A stretch of DNA of 64,000 bases, from positions 46,500,001 through 46,564,000 of the forward strand of contig OZ024753.1 of the NCBI GenBank assembly GCA_964016885.1, read 5' to 3'. The notes beneath the pieces were generated by a model, which did no database searches, was not told the DNA's origin, and saw only the letters and a program-made list of their open reading frames with translations. The translations under genes were made by a program, and so were the position numbers. Positions 26,947 through 41,169 of the stretch are shown in pieces; position 1 is the first letter of the stretch; every line of letters starts with the position of its first letter. Source of the stretch: Eledone cirrhosa (Eukaryota).

Positions 26947-27649
26947 ATGCTTTGGGAGGGTCATGTTCCCAATAAGAAACACACGCACCAAATGTTTCAC
27001 TCCAATTTATTATAAATTTATAAATTTTCGGTTGGTTGGTTGGTTCCACAAAATTTTAACATCGAACACCGCGCCCCGGCTCGACCTAAAACAGTAGACT
27101 TAAAATTAAACATCTTTGAACAATACCATCATCCAACCCCCATCGTCCCTTCGGGGAGCTGCACTACATATTTTCAAACGAGATTACCCCTTTTGTATTC
27201 TTGCACACTGATAGACTAAACTTTGGGTAATATTACAGAACTGCTGATTATACCCTTTAAACACTGTAGACATATGATCATTTAATTATACTGAATCCAT
27301 CTTAAATGTCTTTACATTCTAGACTCTTAAGCCTACATTGAAATTGCAGCTTTGTACTAACTAAACTAGTGTATAGTCTTTAATTACCTTACTCATTATT
27401 GATACTAATACTCATACCTTAACAGTGCCTCATTAAATTGACTTGACATACCATAATTAAATTAACACCTTATAACAAGAAATATAATTTTTTAATAGCG
27501 GTAATTAATCTAACAGATAACTTTAACATGCACCGGAATTACCTCCCTTAGTACACTCCATTTTGTAACACGGAGTAATGCATTTCGATGTTAAAATTTT
27601 GCTTTGTGCCCTTGCAGGGTTCATTATTAATTTACTTGTCTATTTAACC

Positions 27650-27689
27650 GCCTCAGACGAGCCCCATTGGGCGAAACATATGTAAGAGC
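27650..27689 (+). ncRNA. Minimal type I hammerhead motif with one core substitution (CAGACGA)
   Basis: gcct-CAGACGA-GCCC-catt-GGGC-GAA-ACATATGT-A-agagc: perfect stem II and palindromic stem III. Confidence 0.7.
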
Positions 27690-28349
27690 TTTTTATAAAT
27701 GTGTTTTAATGGCTTGCTTCTCTTTCATCAATGTTTTCGATTATAATTACTCTCCTTAACTTCGTACACTAAATATTAACGCCTCTAATATTTAACCCTT
27801 AAGCACATATGCATCCGCTTTTGGAAAATAATCCTCTGTATCATGATAATGTTGATTATTTTGTTGATGATGATGATAGTGGTGTTGGTGGTAGTGACGA
27901 TATTGATGAGATTTCAAGGTTTGTGATTGATCTCTTTCCAAACCAGACAAACATCTGTAAAGAATGATAATGTTGCAAAGACTAGTGATTAGTTATGTCT
28001 TTCACACTTCTCCTCCCACTGTCACACTCTATCTCTCTCTCCCATTCCCCATCCCTCCAGACACATGTAGTGACCTCCTCATCTCAGAGATGTATATAAC
28101 GGTGCCATATAAACTGTTCTATCTGAATATCTGTGTTTATATCAAGTAATATTCTTCACTAATAACATGACCACCACATGTAAACTCAGATCAGAGCAGA
28201 AGTAAGGGCCAGGGAGCAGGGACCTATTCTCTCTCTCCCTCGAGTTTTTGTTTTTATATTTTCTACTTTCACTTCTATATCTACCACGTAGCCTACACCT
28301 CATGACCATACTGTGGCTCTCCACTTGTTTGTCCATCATGTAGCCTTTT

Positions 28350-28758
28350 CACAGATCTGTTACAGTCAGCTGAATTTGCAGACAACATGGTGTTACTTAT
28401 TGCAACAGATGGTGATCTCTGACTTCCACTTGATAGGTTTGATGCCAAGTGCTGCATGGCTGGAATGAAAATCAGTGTTGCAAAAACTGAGACACTCGTC
28501 CTCTCAAGGAAGCCTATGCAATACACTCTACATGTGAATGGAATTCCACTGAAGCAGAGGGATAATTTCAAGTATCTCGGGGCTGTGTTCATGAGTGATG
28601 GAAAGCAGGAGACTGAATTAAGTGCAAGAATTGCAGGAGCTGGTGCAGTAATGTGCCAGCTTCAGTATTCGGTAGTCAGAAGGGAGCTAGGTGTAAAAGC
28701 CAAACTTGCTATCTTCAATTCAGTTTTCATGCAAACCATTACCTATGGTCATGAATAT
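28350..28758 (+). mobile_element. RTE-clade LINE reverse transcriptase fragment
   Basis: FADN(D)...GMKISVAKTETLV...FKYLG...RIAGAG...KAKLAIFNSVFMQTITYGHE; contains an in-frame stop and is truncated. Confidence 0.88.
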
Positions 28759-29677
28759 TACATCTGGCATGTGTCTATTACCAACTTTAAAGCCCTACAT
28801 CTGGCCAGGGTCTGTTACCAGCTCTGCATGGGCCTACATTTCATTTCTGGCCTGGGACTATAACCACCTTCTGCTAAACATATACAGAGAGAGAGATAGT
28901 TGTAAAGGAAGAGAGGCTAGGTGCAAGAGACAGAGAAGATTATTAGTGAGGGAGAAAGAGATAGTGAAAAAAGAAAGACAAAGAAATGCACACACACACA
29001 CACACAGATCAATAAATAAGAGGAAAGAGTGTGACAAAAGGAAAATATTAATAAATGAGAGAAGAGGGGGGGGGATATAGATACTATTTCCAAAAGTAAA
29101 ATCTAAAGCAAAGCCAGGTTTCCAATCAAAGAATCCTTCCAATCTAAACACTTGAAGATCTGTAGCTATTATATTGGAGCTTCTTTGCAACAGAAGAATT
29201 TTGTCTTCTCCTGTCAGAAGTGAGGGAGAGAGAAAGAGTGTGTGTGAGAGAGAGAGGGAGAGAGAAGGAATGAAAGGAACGAGGGAGATACCATTTCATC
29301 ATGTACTTCAAAATAAATGTTATTTTATAACCTCCCATTTCCTTTCAACCTCTTTACTTTCTTCTCCTTCTCTCTCTTTTTCTTTATTCTATTTTCTTCT
29401 TTCTTTCTTCCTTTCTTTCATCACTGTTTTATTTATATTTCTAATATACTTTGACCACTTTCCTTCCCATCATGCCTTTTTGTTTTTGCACTTTTCTCTG
29501 CATGTGTTTACACATCTACACACACCTACACATATCTACACATACAGACACACAGCTACACCTAAATATACACACAAATACAGTCATCGACATAACTACA
29601 TCTACACACACAAGCTTATACAAAGAAAAAGAGAGAGACAGACAGATTATTCCCCTGCCACATTCTCACTCTATATA

Positions 29678-32600
29678 GAAGTAAACACACACCCACCCAG
29701 CCATATGTATATATGGAGGTAAACACACACCCACCCAGCCATATGTATATATGGAGGTAAACACACTCACCCAGCCATATGTATATATGGAGGTAAATAC
29801 ACACCCACCCAGCCATATGTATATATGGAGGTAAACACACACCCACCCAGCCATATGTATATATGGAGGTAGACACACCCACCCAGCCATATGTATATAT
29901 GGAGGTAAACACACACCCACCCAGCCATATGTATATATGGAGGTAAACACACACCCACCCAGCCATATGTATATATGGAGGTAAACATACCACCCAGCCA
30001 TATGTATATATGGAGGTAAACACAGTCACCCAGCCATATGTATATATGGAGGTAAACACACCCACCCAGCCATATGTATATATGGAGGTAAACACACCCA
30101 CCCAGCCATATGTATATATGGAGGTAAACACACCCAACCCAGCCATATGTATATATGGAGGTAAACACACCCACCCAGCCATATGTATATATGGAGGTAA
30201 ACATACCACCCAGCCATATGTATATATGGAGGTAAACACAGTCACCCAGCCATATGTATATATGGAGGTAAACACACCCACCCAGCCATATGTATATATG
30301 GAGGTAAACACACCCACCCAGCCATATGTATATATATGGAGGTAAACATACCACCCAGCCGTATGTATATATGGAGGTAAACACACCCAACCAGCCATAT
30401 GTATATATGGAGGTAAACATACCACCCAGCCATATGTATATATGGAGGTAAACATACCACCCAGCCGTATGTATATATAGAGGTAAACACAGTCACCCAG
30501 CCATATGTATATATGGAGGTAAACACACCCACCCAGCCATATGTATATATGGAGGTAAACACACCCACCCAGCCATATGTATATATGGAGGTAAACACAC
30601 CCAACCCAGCCATATGTATATATGGAGGTAAACACAGTCACCCAGCCATATGTATATATGGAGGTAAACACACCCACCCAGCCATATGTATATATGGAGG
30701 TAAACATACCACCCAGCCGTATGTATATATGGAGGTAAACACACCCAACCAGCCATATGTATATATGGAGGTAAACACACCCACCCAGCCATATGTATAT
30801 ATGGAGGTAAACACACCCACCCAGCGATATGTATATATGGAGGTAAACACACCCACCCAGCCGTATGTATATATGGAGGTAAACACACCCACCCAGCCAT
30901 ATGTATATATGGAGGTAAACATACCACCCAGCCATATGTATATATGGAGGTAAACACACCCACCCAGCCATATGTATATATGGAGGTAAACACACCCACC
31001 CAGCCATATGTATATATGGAGGTAAACACACCCACCCAGCCGTATGTATATATGGAGGTAAACACACACCCACCCAGCCATATGTATATATGGAGGTAAA
31101 CACACACCCACCCAGCCATATGTATATATGGAGGTAAACACACACCCACCCAGCCATATGTATATATGGAGGTAAACACACCCACCCAGCCATATGTATA
31201 TATGGAGGTAAACACACCCACCCAGCCATATGTATATATGGAGGTAAACACACCCACCCAGCCATATGTATATATGGAGGTAAACATACCACCCAGCCAT
31301 ATGTATATATGGAGGTAAACATACCACCCAGCCGTATGTATATATGGAGGTAAACACAGTCACCCAGCCATATGTATATATGGAGGTAAACACACCCAGC
31401 CATGTGTATATATGGAGGTAAACACAGTCACCCAGCCATATGTATATATGGAGGTAAACACACCCACCCAGCCATATGTATATATGGAGGTAAACACACC
31501 CACCCAGCCATATGTATATATGGAGGTAAACACACCCACCCAGCCATATGTATATATATGGAGGTAAACACAGTCACCCAGCCATATGTATATATGGAGG
31601 TAAACACACCCACCCAGCCATATGTATATATATGGAGGTAAACACACCCACCCAGCCATATGTATATATATGGAGGTAAACACAGTCACCCAGCCATATG
31701 TATATATGGAGGTAAACACACCCACCCAGCCATATGTATATATATGGAGGTAAACACACCCACCCAGCCATATGTATATATGGAGGTAAACACACCCAAC
31801 CAGCCATATGTATATATGGAGGTAAACACACCCACCCAGCCATATGTATATATGGAGGTAAACACACCCACCCAGCCATATGTATATATGGAGGTAAACA
31901 CACCCACCCATCCATATGTATATATGGAGGTAAACACACTCACCCAGCCATATGTATATATATGGAGGTAAACACACCCACCCAGCCATATGTATATATA
32001 TGGAGGTAAACACACCCACCCAGCCATATGTATATATGGAGGTAAACACACTCACCCAGCCATATGTATATATGGAGGTAAACACACACTCACCCAGCCG
32101 TATGTATATATGGAGGTAAACACACCCACCCAGCCATATGTATATATGGAGGTAAACACACCCACCCAGCCATATGTATATATGGAGGTAAACACACCCA
32201 CCCATATGTATATATGGAGGTAAACACACCCACCCAGCCATATGTATATAGGAGGTAAACATACCCACCCAGCCATGTGTATATATGGAGGTAAACACAG
32301 TCACCCAGCCATATGTATATATGGAGGTAAACCCACCCACCCAGCCATATGTATATATGGAGGTAAACATACCACCCAGCCGTATGTATATATGGAGGTA
32401 AACACAGTCACCCAGCCATATGTATATATGGAGGTAAACACACCCAGCCATGTGTATATATGGAGGTAAACACAGTCACCCAGCCATATGTATATATGGA
32501 GGTAAACCCACCCACCCAGCCATATGTATATATGGAGGTAAACACAGTCACCCAGCCATATGTATATATGGAGGTAAACCCACCCAGCCATATATATTTA

Positions 32601-32824
32601 TGGAGGTAAACCCACCCACCCAGCCATATGTATGTATGGAGGTAAACCCACCTCCATATATGTATATATGGAGGTAAACCCACCCACCCAGCCATATGTA
32701 TATATGGAGGTAAACCCACCCAGCCATATATATTTATGGAGGTAAACACACCCACCCAGCCATATGTATGTATGGAGGTAAACCCACCCAGCCATATGTA
32801 TATATGGAGGTAAACACAGTCACG
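29678..32824. repeat. 36-bp minisatellite (GGAGGTAAACACACCCACCCAGCCATATGTATATAT), about 3.1 kb
   Basis: Roughly 85-90 units of about 32-38 bp. Confidence 0.98.
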
Positions 32825-33317
32825 TACCCACCCGACATCTAACTTTCTTTCCCTTTTTCAATATAAAGCATGAAACTAATCAGAGGTTTTGTACCTTTGT
32901 TTTGACGTTGCCTTGAACTATATATATATAGTTGGAACTATATATATGTATATATATAAAGAATGATTAATAACAGGTAGACATATACCTATACCTAATA
33001 TATGTATATATATATATATAGTTGGAACTATATATATATATATATATATATAGTTGGAACTCTTTTAACCATCTTTTGATCTTATATTATATATATATAT
33101 ATAACCCCCCAGAAACGATCTTAAAATAATGAGTTGTACTATGAATTAACCGTTTTTTGTTTAATTTCATTGTTTTACTATTTGTATTTTTGACTCTGTA
33201 TCCAATGAATTATATCGTTGAAAATTCTGTATTTTAAACTTTGCTTCACATCTTCTACATACGGATTACATTGAGTTCTTCATACGGTTTAGACCCTACC
33301 ATTAACTGGTGGATTTA

Positions 33318-33356
<39 letters not shown>

Positions 33357-33380
33357 TAGAATTGGTGCTCTTAAATAGCA

Positions 33381-33582
33381 ATATATATATGAATGTACAT
33401 ATAGTGTATTTTGCAATACACTGTATACTTAATTAAAAACATTTTGAAGACCTTATGCTATTGTTTTAAAAAAGAAGTGACATGGTCACTTCTTTAAAAC
33501 AATAGCGTAAGGTCTTCAAAATGCTTTTAATTAAGCATACAGTGTATTATAAAATACATTATATATACATTCATATATATAT
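33381..33582. repeat. About 200-bp imperfect palindrome (100-bp arms, 3-nt loop) in a TA tract
   Basis: Centre gtgac-atg-gtcac (loop 33482-33484); arms are complementary with few mismatches. Confidence 0.92.
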
Positions 33583-33589
33583 ATATATA

Positions 33590-33797
33590 AAGAAGGAAGT
33601 GTGGTAAGGAACCAGGTGGACCATAACGCACCTGAGTACTCGATACTTAGGGTAGTAGAGTGGATAATAGGAAAAGAGTCAGGACCCCGACGGCTGAGCT
33701 CCGGCCATTTCAACAGTTAGATCTGAACTAACAGAGTTAGTTCAGATCTAGCTGTCGAAACAGCCGGAGTTCAGCAGTCAGGGTCCTGACTCTTTTG

Positions 33798-33801
<4 letters not shown>
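33590..33801 (-). mobile_element. Second fold-back element of the 26717-26912 family, opposite orientation
   Basis: The tail is the reverse complement of 26835-26912; palindrome 33667-33801 centred on ctaac-aga-gttag. Confidence 0.82.
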
Positions 33802-33832
<31 letters not shown>

Positions 33833-34389
33833 CAAAGTAGCCCATCATTTCCAGGTTATTTTCCCCATAGAAGGCCTTTCTTTTAATTTTATTTTATTCC
33901 GTATCATACCATGTCTCCCCCATGCCTCATTTCCTGTTATTACCCATGGCCCATCCCAATGAGTCATCAATTACCCCCAAGGTGGTTTCTATGGAAGTTT
34001 ACTCAGTGGAGTTATGTGTAAAAGTGGTATCAGTGGCTGGTTGAGTACTTTAGCAACAGTAATTTCATGTAAACATCAGGTGACCTCAGTAAGGACAACT
34101 TTCTGCCTAATAACGAAAACAATGCCCCCTGCTGATGGCATGGATGGAATAATAAGGTCATGTTGAAGAAATACATGAGATGATCAATAAAAGCCAGACT
34201 ACACAAGAATAGAGATTGATAGTATTACTATTTTATATTTAGGTTTTTTTTCCCCTTTTTATTCTTTTCAGAATTAAGAAACACTGTGCACCCAAAATCC
34301 TTTGCATTTTGTAAATTAAATCAGTTTATCTCTAGGACATACCAACATACATACACTCTCTAATATATAGCAGATATATATATATATAT

Positions 34390-34680
34390 CATCATCATCA
34401 TCATCATCCATCTCCCACGCTTGCATGGGTTTGGACAGGAATTTTCCCACTTGAGGCAAGATTGGTTGTCTTGCTTGTATAGAACTGTCTGGCGGGTTTT
34501 CTACAGCTGGATGCCCTTCCTAACACCAACCACGTTTAGAGTGTGGACTGGGAGGTTTTTACCATGTTACCTACACGGCCACATTACAGCGTGGACTGTG
34601 TGTTTTTTTGTTGTGACACCTACACGACCTCATTTATTTCGGACTGGATGTTGTGGTACCAACATAACTTTACATTGAAA
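34390..34680 (-). mobile_element. SINE/LINE 3'-end family with (GAT)n tail; copies at 51157-51450 and 43900-44020
   Basis: High similarity among copies; shared ggatgcccttcctaac core. Confidence 0.8.
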
Positions 34681-34931
34681 GGGGTGGTGTGGATGGGGGT
34701 GGGGGTGGTGGGACGGGGGTGTATTTTTGTTAGAGGTGCCTACTGACTGTAGGTTTCGCTTTGTACTTAGGTAAGGCGGGTCTTCTGTATTACTGTGTAG
34801 CGCCAAAGATCTCGGTCCAGTGACATTGTCTTGGAGAGGTGTAAGTGTGTGAGGTCGGAATTTATCAAGTTGTCCCAGGTTTTTTCTGGGTCTGCCTACT
34901 CCGTGGCTACCGTCTATTTTTATCGCCCTGC

Positions 34932-34966
<35 letters not shown>

Positions 34967-35080
34967 AAATAAGGTTTTGCGATATGACCCACATGGGTAA
35001 AATTATAGGAAAAAGAAGTTAAAAATGCAATTGGAGTCTATATATGCGTGTGTAGATGTGTGAATGTATATGTATATATA

Positions 35081-35151
<71 letters not shown>

Positions 35152-35569
35152 CATATATATATATAGTAGAGTAAAAAACAAAAAAAACAAAAACAATAAC
35201 AAAGAGTGCAGTACAAACAGCATTGGTATTAGGGAGTGAAGAATAACATGGTCGGCTGTACAAAAAGTGTTATATATATATATATGTGTATATATATCTA
35301 TATTATATATATGCATATTATATATACACACGCACATATATTCTTGTCTTACAATCAATAACTGGGACGAAAATGGAAATGACTTTCCCTGTCCAAATAT
35401 ATATTTGGACTGAGACTGACCAATCCATATCTTCTGTCCACTTCTCAAACTACTGTCATCCACATCAGATGAAAATGTTTTAATAACACATATTTCATCA
35501 CTACATTGCTATATGTGTGTGTACATATATATATATAATTACATATATATATATATACACATACATTTT

Positions 35570-35840
35570 TCATCATCATCATCATTTCATTTTACGTCCA
35601 CTTTTCCATGCTTGCAAGGGTGGGACGGGAACTGATTCTGGCTTGATTTCTACAGCTGGATGCCCTTCCTAACGCCAACCTCATTTACAGTGAGTGCTGG
35701 GTGCTTTTTTTTTTTGCCGTGGCACCTCCACGACCACTTTGCAGTGGAATGATAGGGACCCCAGTCCCTATCATCTCATTTCTATAGCTGAGTAAACTGG
35801 AGCAATGTGAAATAAAGTGCCTTGCTCAAGGAAACAACAC
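35570..35840 (-). mobile_element. SINE (same family as 45845-46150 and 58677-58950)
   Basis: Near-identical to 45845-46100. Confidence 0.82.
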
Positions 35841-35881
35841 ATCACATACATACATGCATACATACATGCATATATATAATT

Positions 35882-35916
<35 letters not shown>

Positions 35917-35952
35917 AATGCATATTTATATATATAATTACATATATATAAT

Positions 35953-35983
<31 letters not shown>

Positions 35984-36082
35984 ATACATACTCAGTTTTA
36001 TACGTATTCTTTTACATATTTAGGTGCAAATATATATGCATATCATCATCATGTCTATTTTTCATATATATGTATATACATA

Positions 36083-36116
<34 letters not shown>

Positions 36117-36164
36117 GTAATTCCGGGTTTTTAAAATCTAAATTCAATAAACAGACCAGGATTT

Positions 36165-36224
36165 TTTCATTCTGATGATTGAAAGCAAAATTTTTTGCTT
36201 TTAAGAAACCACTGGTAATTGGAA
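36165..36224 (+). ncRNA. Type I hammerhead ribozyme, intact core
   Basis: TTTCATT-CTGATGA-TTGAAAGCAAA-attt-TTTGCTTTTAA-GAA-ACCACTGGT-A-ATTGGAA; stem I 6/7 bp, stem II 11 bp; predicted cleavage after GUA at 36217. Confidence 0.82.
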
Positions 36225-36249
36225 TAATTGCCTTATGTTGTTTATTACA

Positions 36250-36305
<56 letters not shown>

Positions 36306-37379
36306 TATATACATATATTGTTATACTGTTGGTTTTCACTTCAATTTATTATAAGTTTGTTGGTTTGATAACTGGATGGTTGTTTATATATTGTCAAAGC
36401 TCTTTCATCACACATTCTGTGACCTCCTCAGTGACTAGGTTTTTATTTTGTATCTCTCCTTTGTTCTGTGTGTTGTGTGCTTTTTTACATTACGCTCTGG
36501 TATATATTGCTATCATACCAAGAGTTTATTTTATTTGCCTTATTCCTAATCCTTTCTATCCTTACTCCAATTTACGCGAAACTTTCAGGGTCAACTTCCT
36601 TTCAAAGTATTTTCCCATCATGCACCATTTTGGCTGTATTAAATTACAGACAAGCACACAATCACAGAGTTTTAGTAGTATATAGAGATATACTGTATCT
36701 GTATTTATTTATATATATATATATTATTACTCGTAGTGTGTGTGTGTGTATATATATATATCTATATATATATACTCATTATGTAGTATCCGTGTGTGTT
36801 ATAAAAATATAACCCAAAATGTGAGAATTGTGTGCAAATAATATGAATGTGACCCAAATGATATGAGACGAGTGTAAAAATGAGTCCAGTGGGATGGAAG
36901 GAGTGTTATTTTAGATAATAATTTATTATGGTATACGAATATCAATAGAGTGTATACAATATTACATAGAGAAGAGATGGTCTCTAAGGATATAAAAATA
37001 GTGTGATATTAGCCTACATATCAGAACTGTTGTATATTAAAGATATTACATCAGAAATATTTTACAAGCCTGTGGTAGGGGAAATAATGAGAGAAGTATT
37101 AAAAGAACTGTAAGGATGATAAATATATGTGGTGTATATGAAAATAAATTAATTTTTCTGTCTCCGTCTGTCAGTCCAATTATTTTTTATCTATGTACAT
37201 ATATTTCCATTTATTTCCTCTATATTTCTATTTCTATGTCTGTCAGTCTATCTATTGATACTGTATGCCAGTTTGTTTATATGTTTATGTTCCTTGTTTA
37301 TTTTGGTTTTTGTATATTTGTGTATATATGTATATTTTCATGTATGGGTATTGCATATATATATATATATATATATATT

Positions 37380-37540
37380 TGTTGGTGGAACAGTACACTA
37401 CCTAAAGCCATTAAGGCCAAGAGACAGGCATGGAAAGACTTGGAAAATGAGGGTAGCAGAGTGTAGTACTGGGTAGCTAAGATAACAGGTGTACATAGCT
37501 TGGAAAGAGGCTGAAAGAAGAAGGTTTACCAATGTTTTGT
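37380..37540 (+). mobile_element. Degenerate RTE-type LINE linker fragment
   Basis: WWNSTLPKAIKAKRQAWKD resembles the WWn..v..ai..Kr.awk motif between the APE and RT domains. Confidence 0.65.
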
Positions 37541-37959
37541 GAAATGAGATGTCCATGGGAACTTCTGTACGTTGTTGTTGAGGTAATGGTGGTGGTGCTG
37601 CTGCTGCTGTTGTTATTGGAGTAATGGTGGTGGTGTTGTTGTCGGAGTAATGCTGATGATAGTGGTGCTGTTGGAGTAATGGTGATGGTGTTGTTGCTAT
37701 AACTCATCGATGAAACCACCCAGCTCTTTCTTCTCCTCCACCTATTCTCAGCACCACACTAATCTACACCACAATAACCATCAACTAACAATACATTTAA
37801 CCTTACACATCAGCACTACTCCTACCATCACCACTACTCCTACCATCACCACTACTGCTACCACCACCACTACTCCTACTACTAATACTATCAATCCAAT
37901 TACTACCACTTCCACCAGAATTTGGAGCATCAATATTACACTTGTGAAACCTAACTAGC

Positions 37960-39595
37960 AAAACCACAACCAACAGCACCACTAATACCACCACCACAAC
38001 CAACATCACCACTAATACCACCACCACAACCAACATCACCACTAATACCACCACCACAACCAACATCACCACTAATACCACCACCACAACCAACATCACC
38101 ACTAATACCAACATTACCACTAATACCACCACCACAACCAACATCACCACTAATACCAACATTACCACTAATACCACCACCACAACCAACATCACCACAA
38201 CCAACATCACCAGTAATACCACCACCACAACCAACATCACCACTAATACCAACACCACAACCAACATCACCACTAATACTACCACCACAACCAACATCAC
38301 CACTAATACCACCACCACAACCAACATCACCACTAATACCACCACCACAACCAACATCACCACTAATACTACCACCACAACCAACATCACCACTAATACC
38401 ACCACCACAACCAACATCACCACTAATACCAACACCACAACCAACATTACCACTAATACCACCACCACAACCAACATCACCACTAATACTACCACCACAA
38501 CCAACATCACCACTAATACCACCACCACAACCAACATCACCACTAATACTACCACCACAACCAACATCACCACTAATACCACCACCACAACCAACATCAC
38601 CACTAATACCACCACCACAACCAACATCACCACTAATACCACCACCACAACCAACATCACCACTAATACCAACACCACAACCAACATCACCACTAATACC
38701 ACCACCACAACCAACATCACCACTAATACCACCACCACAACCAACATCACCACTAATACCACCACCACAACCAACATCACCACTAATACCACCACCACAA
38801 CCAACATCACCACTAATACCACCACCACAACCAACATCACCACTAATACCAACACCACAACCAACATCACCACTAATACCACCACCACAACCAACATCAC
38901 CACTAATACCACCACCACAACCAACATCACCACTAATACCACCACCACAACCAACATCACCACTAATACCACCACCACAACCAACATCACCACTAATACC
39001 AACACCACAACCAACATCACCACTAATACCACCACCACAACCAACATCACCACTAATACCACCACCACAACCAACATCACCACTAATACCACCACCACAA
39101 CCAACATCACCACTAATACCACCACCACAACCAACATCACCACTAATACCACCACCACAACCAACATCACCACTAATACCACCACCACAACCAACATCAC
39201 CACTAATACCACCACCACAACCAACATCACCACTAATACCAACACCACAACCAACATCACCACTAATACCACCACCACAACCAACATCACCACTAATACC
39301 AACACCACAACCAACAGCACCACTAATACCACCACCACAACCAACATCACCACTAATACCACCACCACAACCAACATCACCACTAATACCAACACCACAA
39401 CCAACATCACCACTAATACCACCACCACAACCAACATCACCACTAATACCACCACCACAACCAACATCACCACTAATACCACCACCACAACCAACATCAC
39501 CACTAATACCACCACCACAACCAACATCACCACTAATACCACCACCACAACCAACATCACCACTAATACCACCACCACAACCAACATCACCATCA
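37960..39595. repeat. 30-bp minisatellite (ACCACCACAACCAACATCACCACTAATACC)
   Basis: About 50 highly homogeneous units. Confidence 0.98.
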
Positions 39596-39629
39596 CTAAT
39601 ACTATTTTCCCAACACAATTATCACTTAC

Positions 39630-39900
39630 ATTTCACACCCTACCACTGCCACCAACACCACTACAGCAATAACACCCCACTCTACCACAGCCATAACCAC
39701 TGCCGCCACCACCAGCACTACAGCAATAACACCCCACCCTACCGCTGCCACCACCCCCACCAGCACTACAGCAATAACACCCCACCCTACCGCTGCCACC
39801 ACCACCACCACTACTACAACAATAACACCCCACCCTACCACTGCCACCACCACCACCACTACAGCAATAACACCCCACGCTACCACAGCCACCACCACAA
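39630..39900. repeat. About 54-63-bp ACC-rich tandem repeat
   Basis: Recurrent ctacagcaataacaccccac. Confidence 0.85.
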
Positions 39901-39984
39901 ATAATCCATTATCATTGCCACAAGAAGCTTCTTATAAAATGCAATGTAGTCGTTTCCTATTATACATACGTATTTGTCTGTATA

Positions 39985-40035
<51 letters not shown>

Positions 40036-40579
40036 ATACACACACACATATATATATGATAACGATGCTTGTACTTTACTAGTGTATTGAGTACCAAATG
40101 TAGAATCTCACATCGGCAGCCAAACCTATATTAGTATTGAGTGCTTAAACTGGTGAACCAATAGTAACTAAACATTACACACCAATATACTATGTGTGTA
40201 TATATATATATATATATACTTGTATGAATTTATATGTATATATATATATGTCATACATGTATATATATATATATTTATATATGTGTGTGCCTGTGTATAT
40301 ATATATATGTGCTTGGTAAGCATATATATATAAGCATAAACACACACTCACACACATAGAAGCCGACATCCAGCCTATATATGTCATTCCTGACTATGTC
40401 TCTGCTGTGGTATCTCAATGTTCCATACCATTCTATTGATTCTTACCATTCCAACAATGGCTGATTTTTCTTATCTGTTCTTGGCTTCACATTATTTTAC
40501 TGCCATACCACTGAACACTGTTGTTATGGTACTGATGGTTTTGGTATTGCTGATTCTTGGGTTATTGGTGGTGGTGTTG

Positions 40580-41075
40580 GTGATGGTAGTATTGGTGGTG
40601 GCAGTGGTGGTGGGGGTATTGGTAGTTCTGGGTCTGGTGGTGGTAGTGTTGATAGTATTGGTGGTGGCAGTGGTGGTGGGGGTATTGGTAGTTCTGGGTC
40701 TGGTGGTGGTAGTGTTGATAGTATTGGTGGTGGCAGTGGTGGTGGGGGTATTGCTAGTTCTGGGTCTGGTGGTGGTAGTGTTGATAGTATTGGTGGTGGC
40801 AGTGGTGGTGGGGGTATTGGTAGTTCTGGGTCTGGTGGTGGTAGTGTTGATAGTATTGGTGGTGGCAGTGGTGGTGGGGGTATTGGTAGTTCTGGGTCTG
40901 GTGGTGGTAGTGTTGATTGTATTGGTGGTGGCAGTGGTGGTGGGGGTATTGCTAGTTCTGGGTCTGGTGGTGATAGTGTTGATAGTATTGGTGGTGGCAG
41001 TGGTGGTGGGGGTATTGCTAGTTCTGGGTCTGGTGGTGATAGTGTTGATAGTATTGATGGTGGCAGTGGTGGTGT
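40580..41075. repeat. 66-bp GGT-rich minisatellite (about 7 units)
   Basis: ggcagtggtggtggggg at 40600, 40666 and onward. Confidence 0.93.
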
Positions 41076-41169
41076 TAGTGATGATGCTAGTATTTACCAT
41101 GGTGGTGGTGGTGTTGCTATAAAATAATATTGATGGTTTTAAGATATTGTGTTGTTGGTAGCAGTATAT

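Noticed and set aside
29616-32795. Long ORFs (up to 595 aa) and CRISPR-like 36-bp periodicity
   Set aside because: Pure tandem minisatellite: no unique spacers, no cas genes, and frequent 2-bp unit changes shift frames.
37803-39618. (GCGGGISGDV)n and poly-Val ORFs resembling structural proteins
   Set aside because: A 30-bp repeat open in several frames; no signal peptide, non-repetitive domain or splice evidence.
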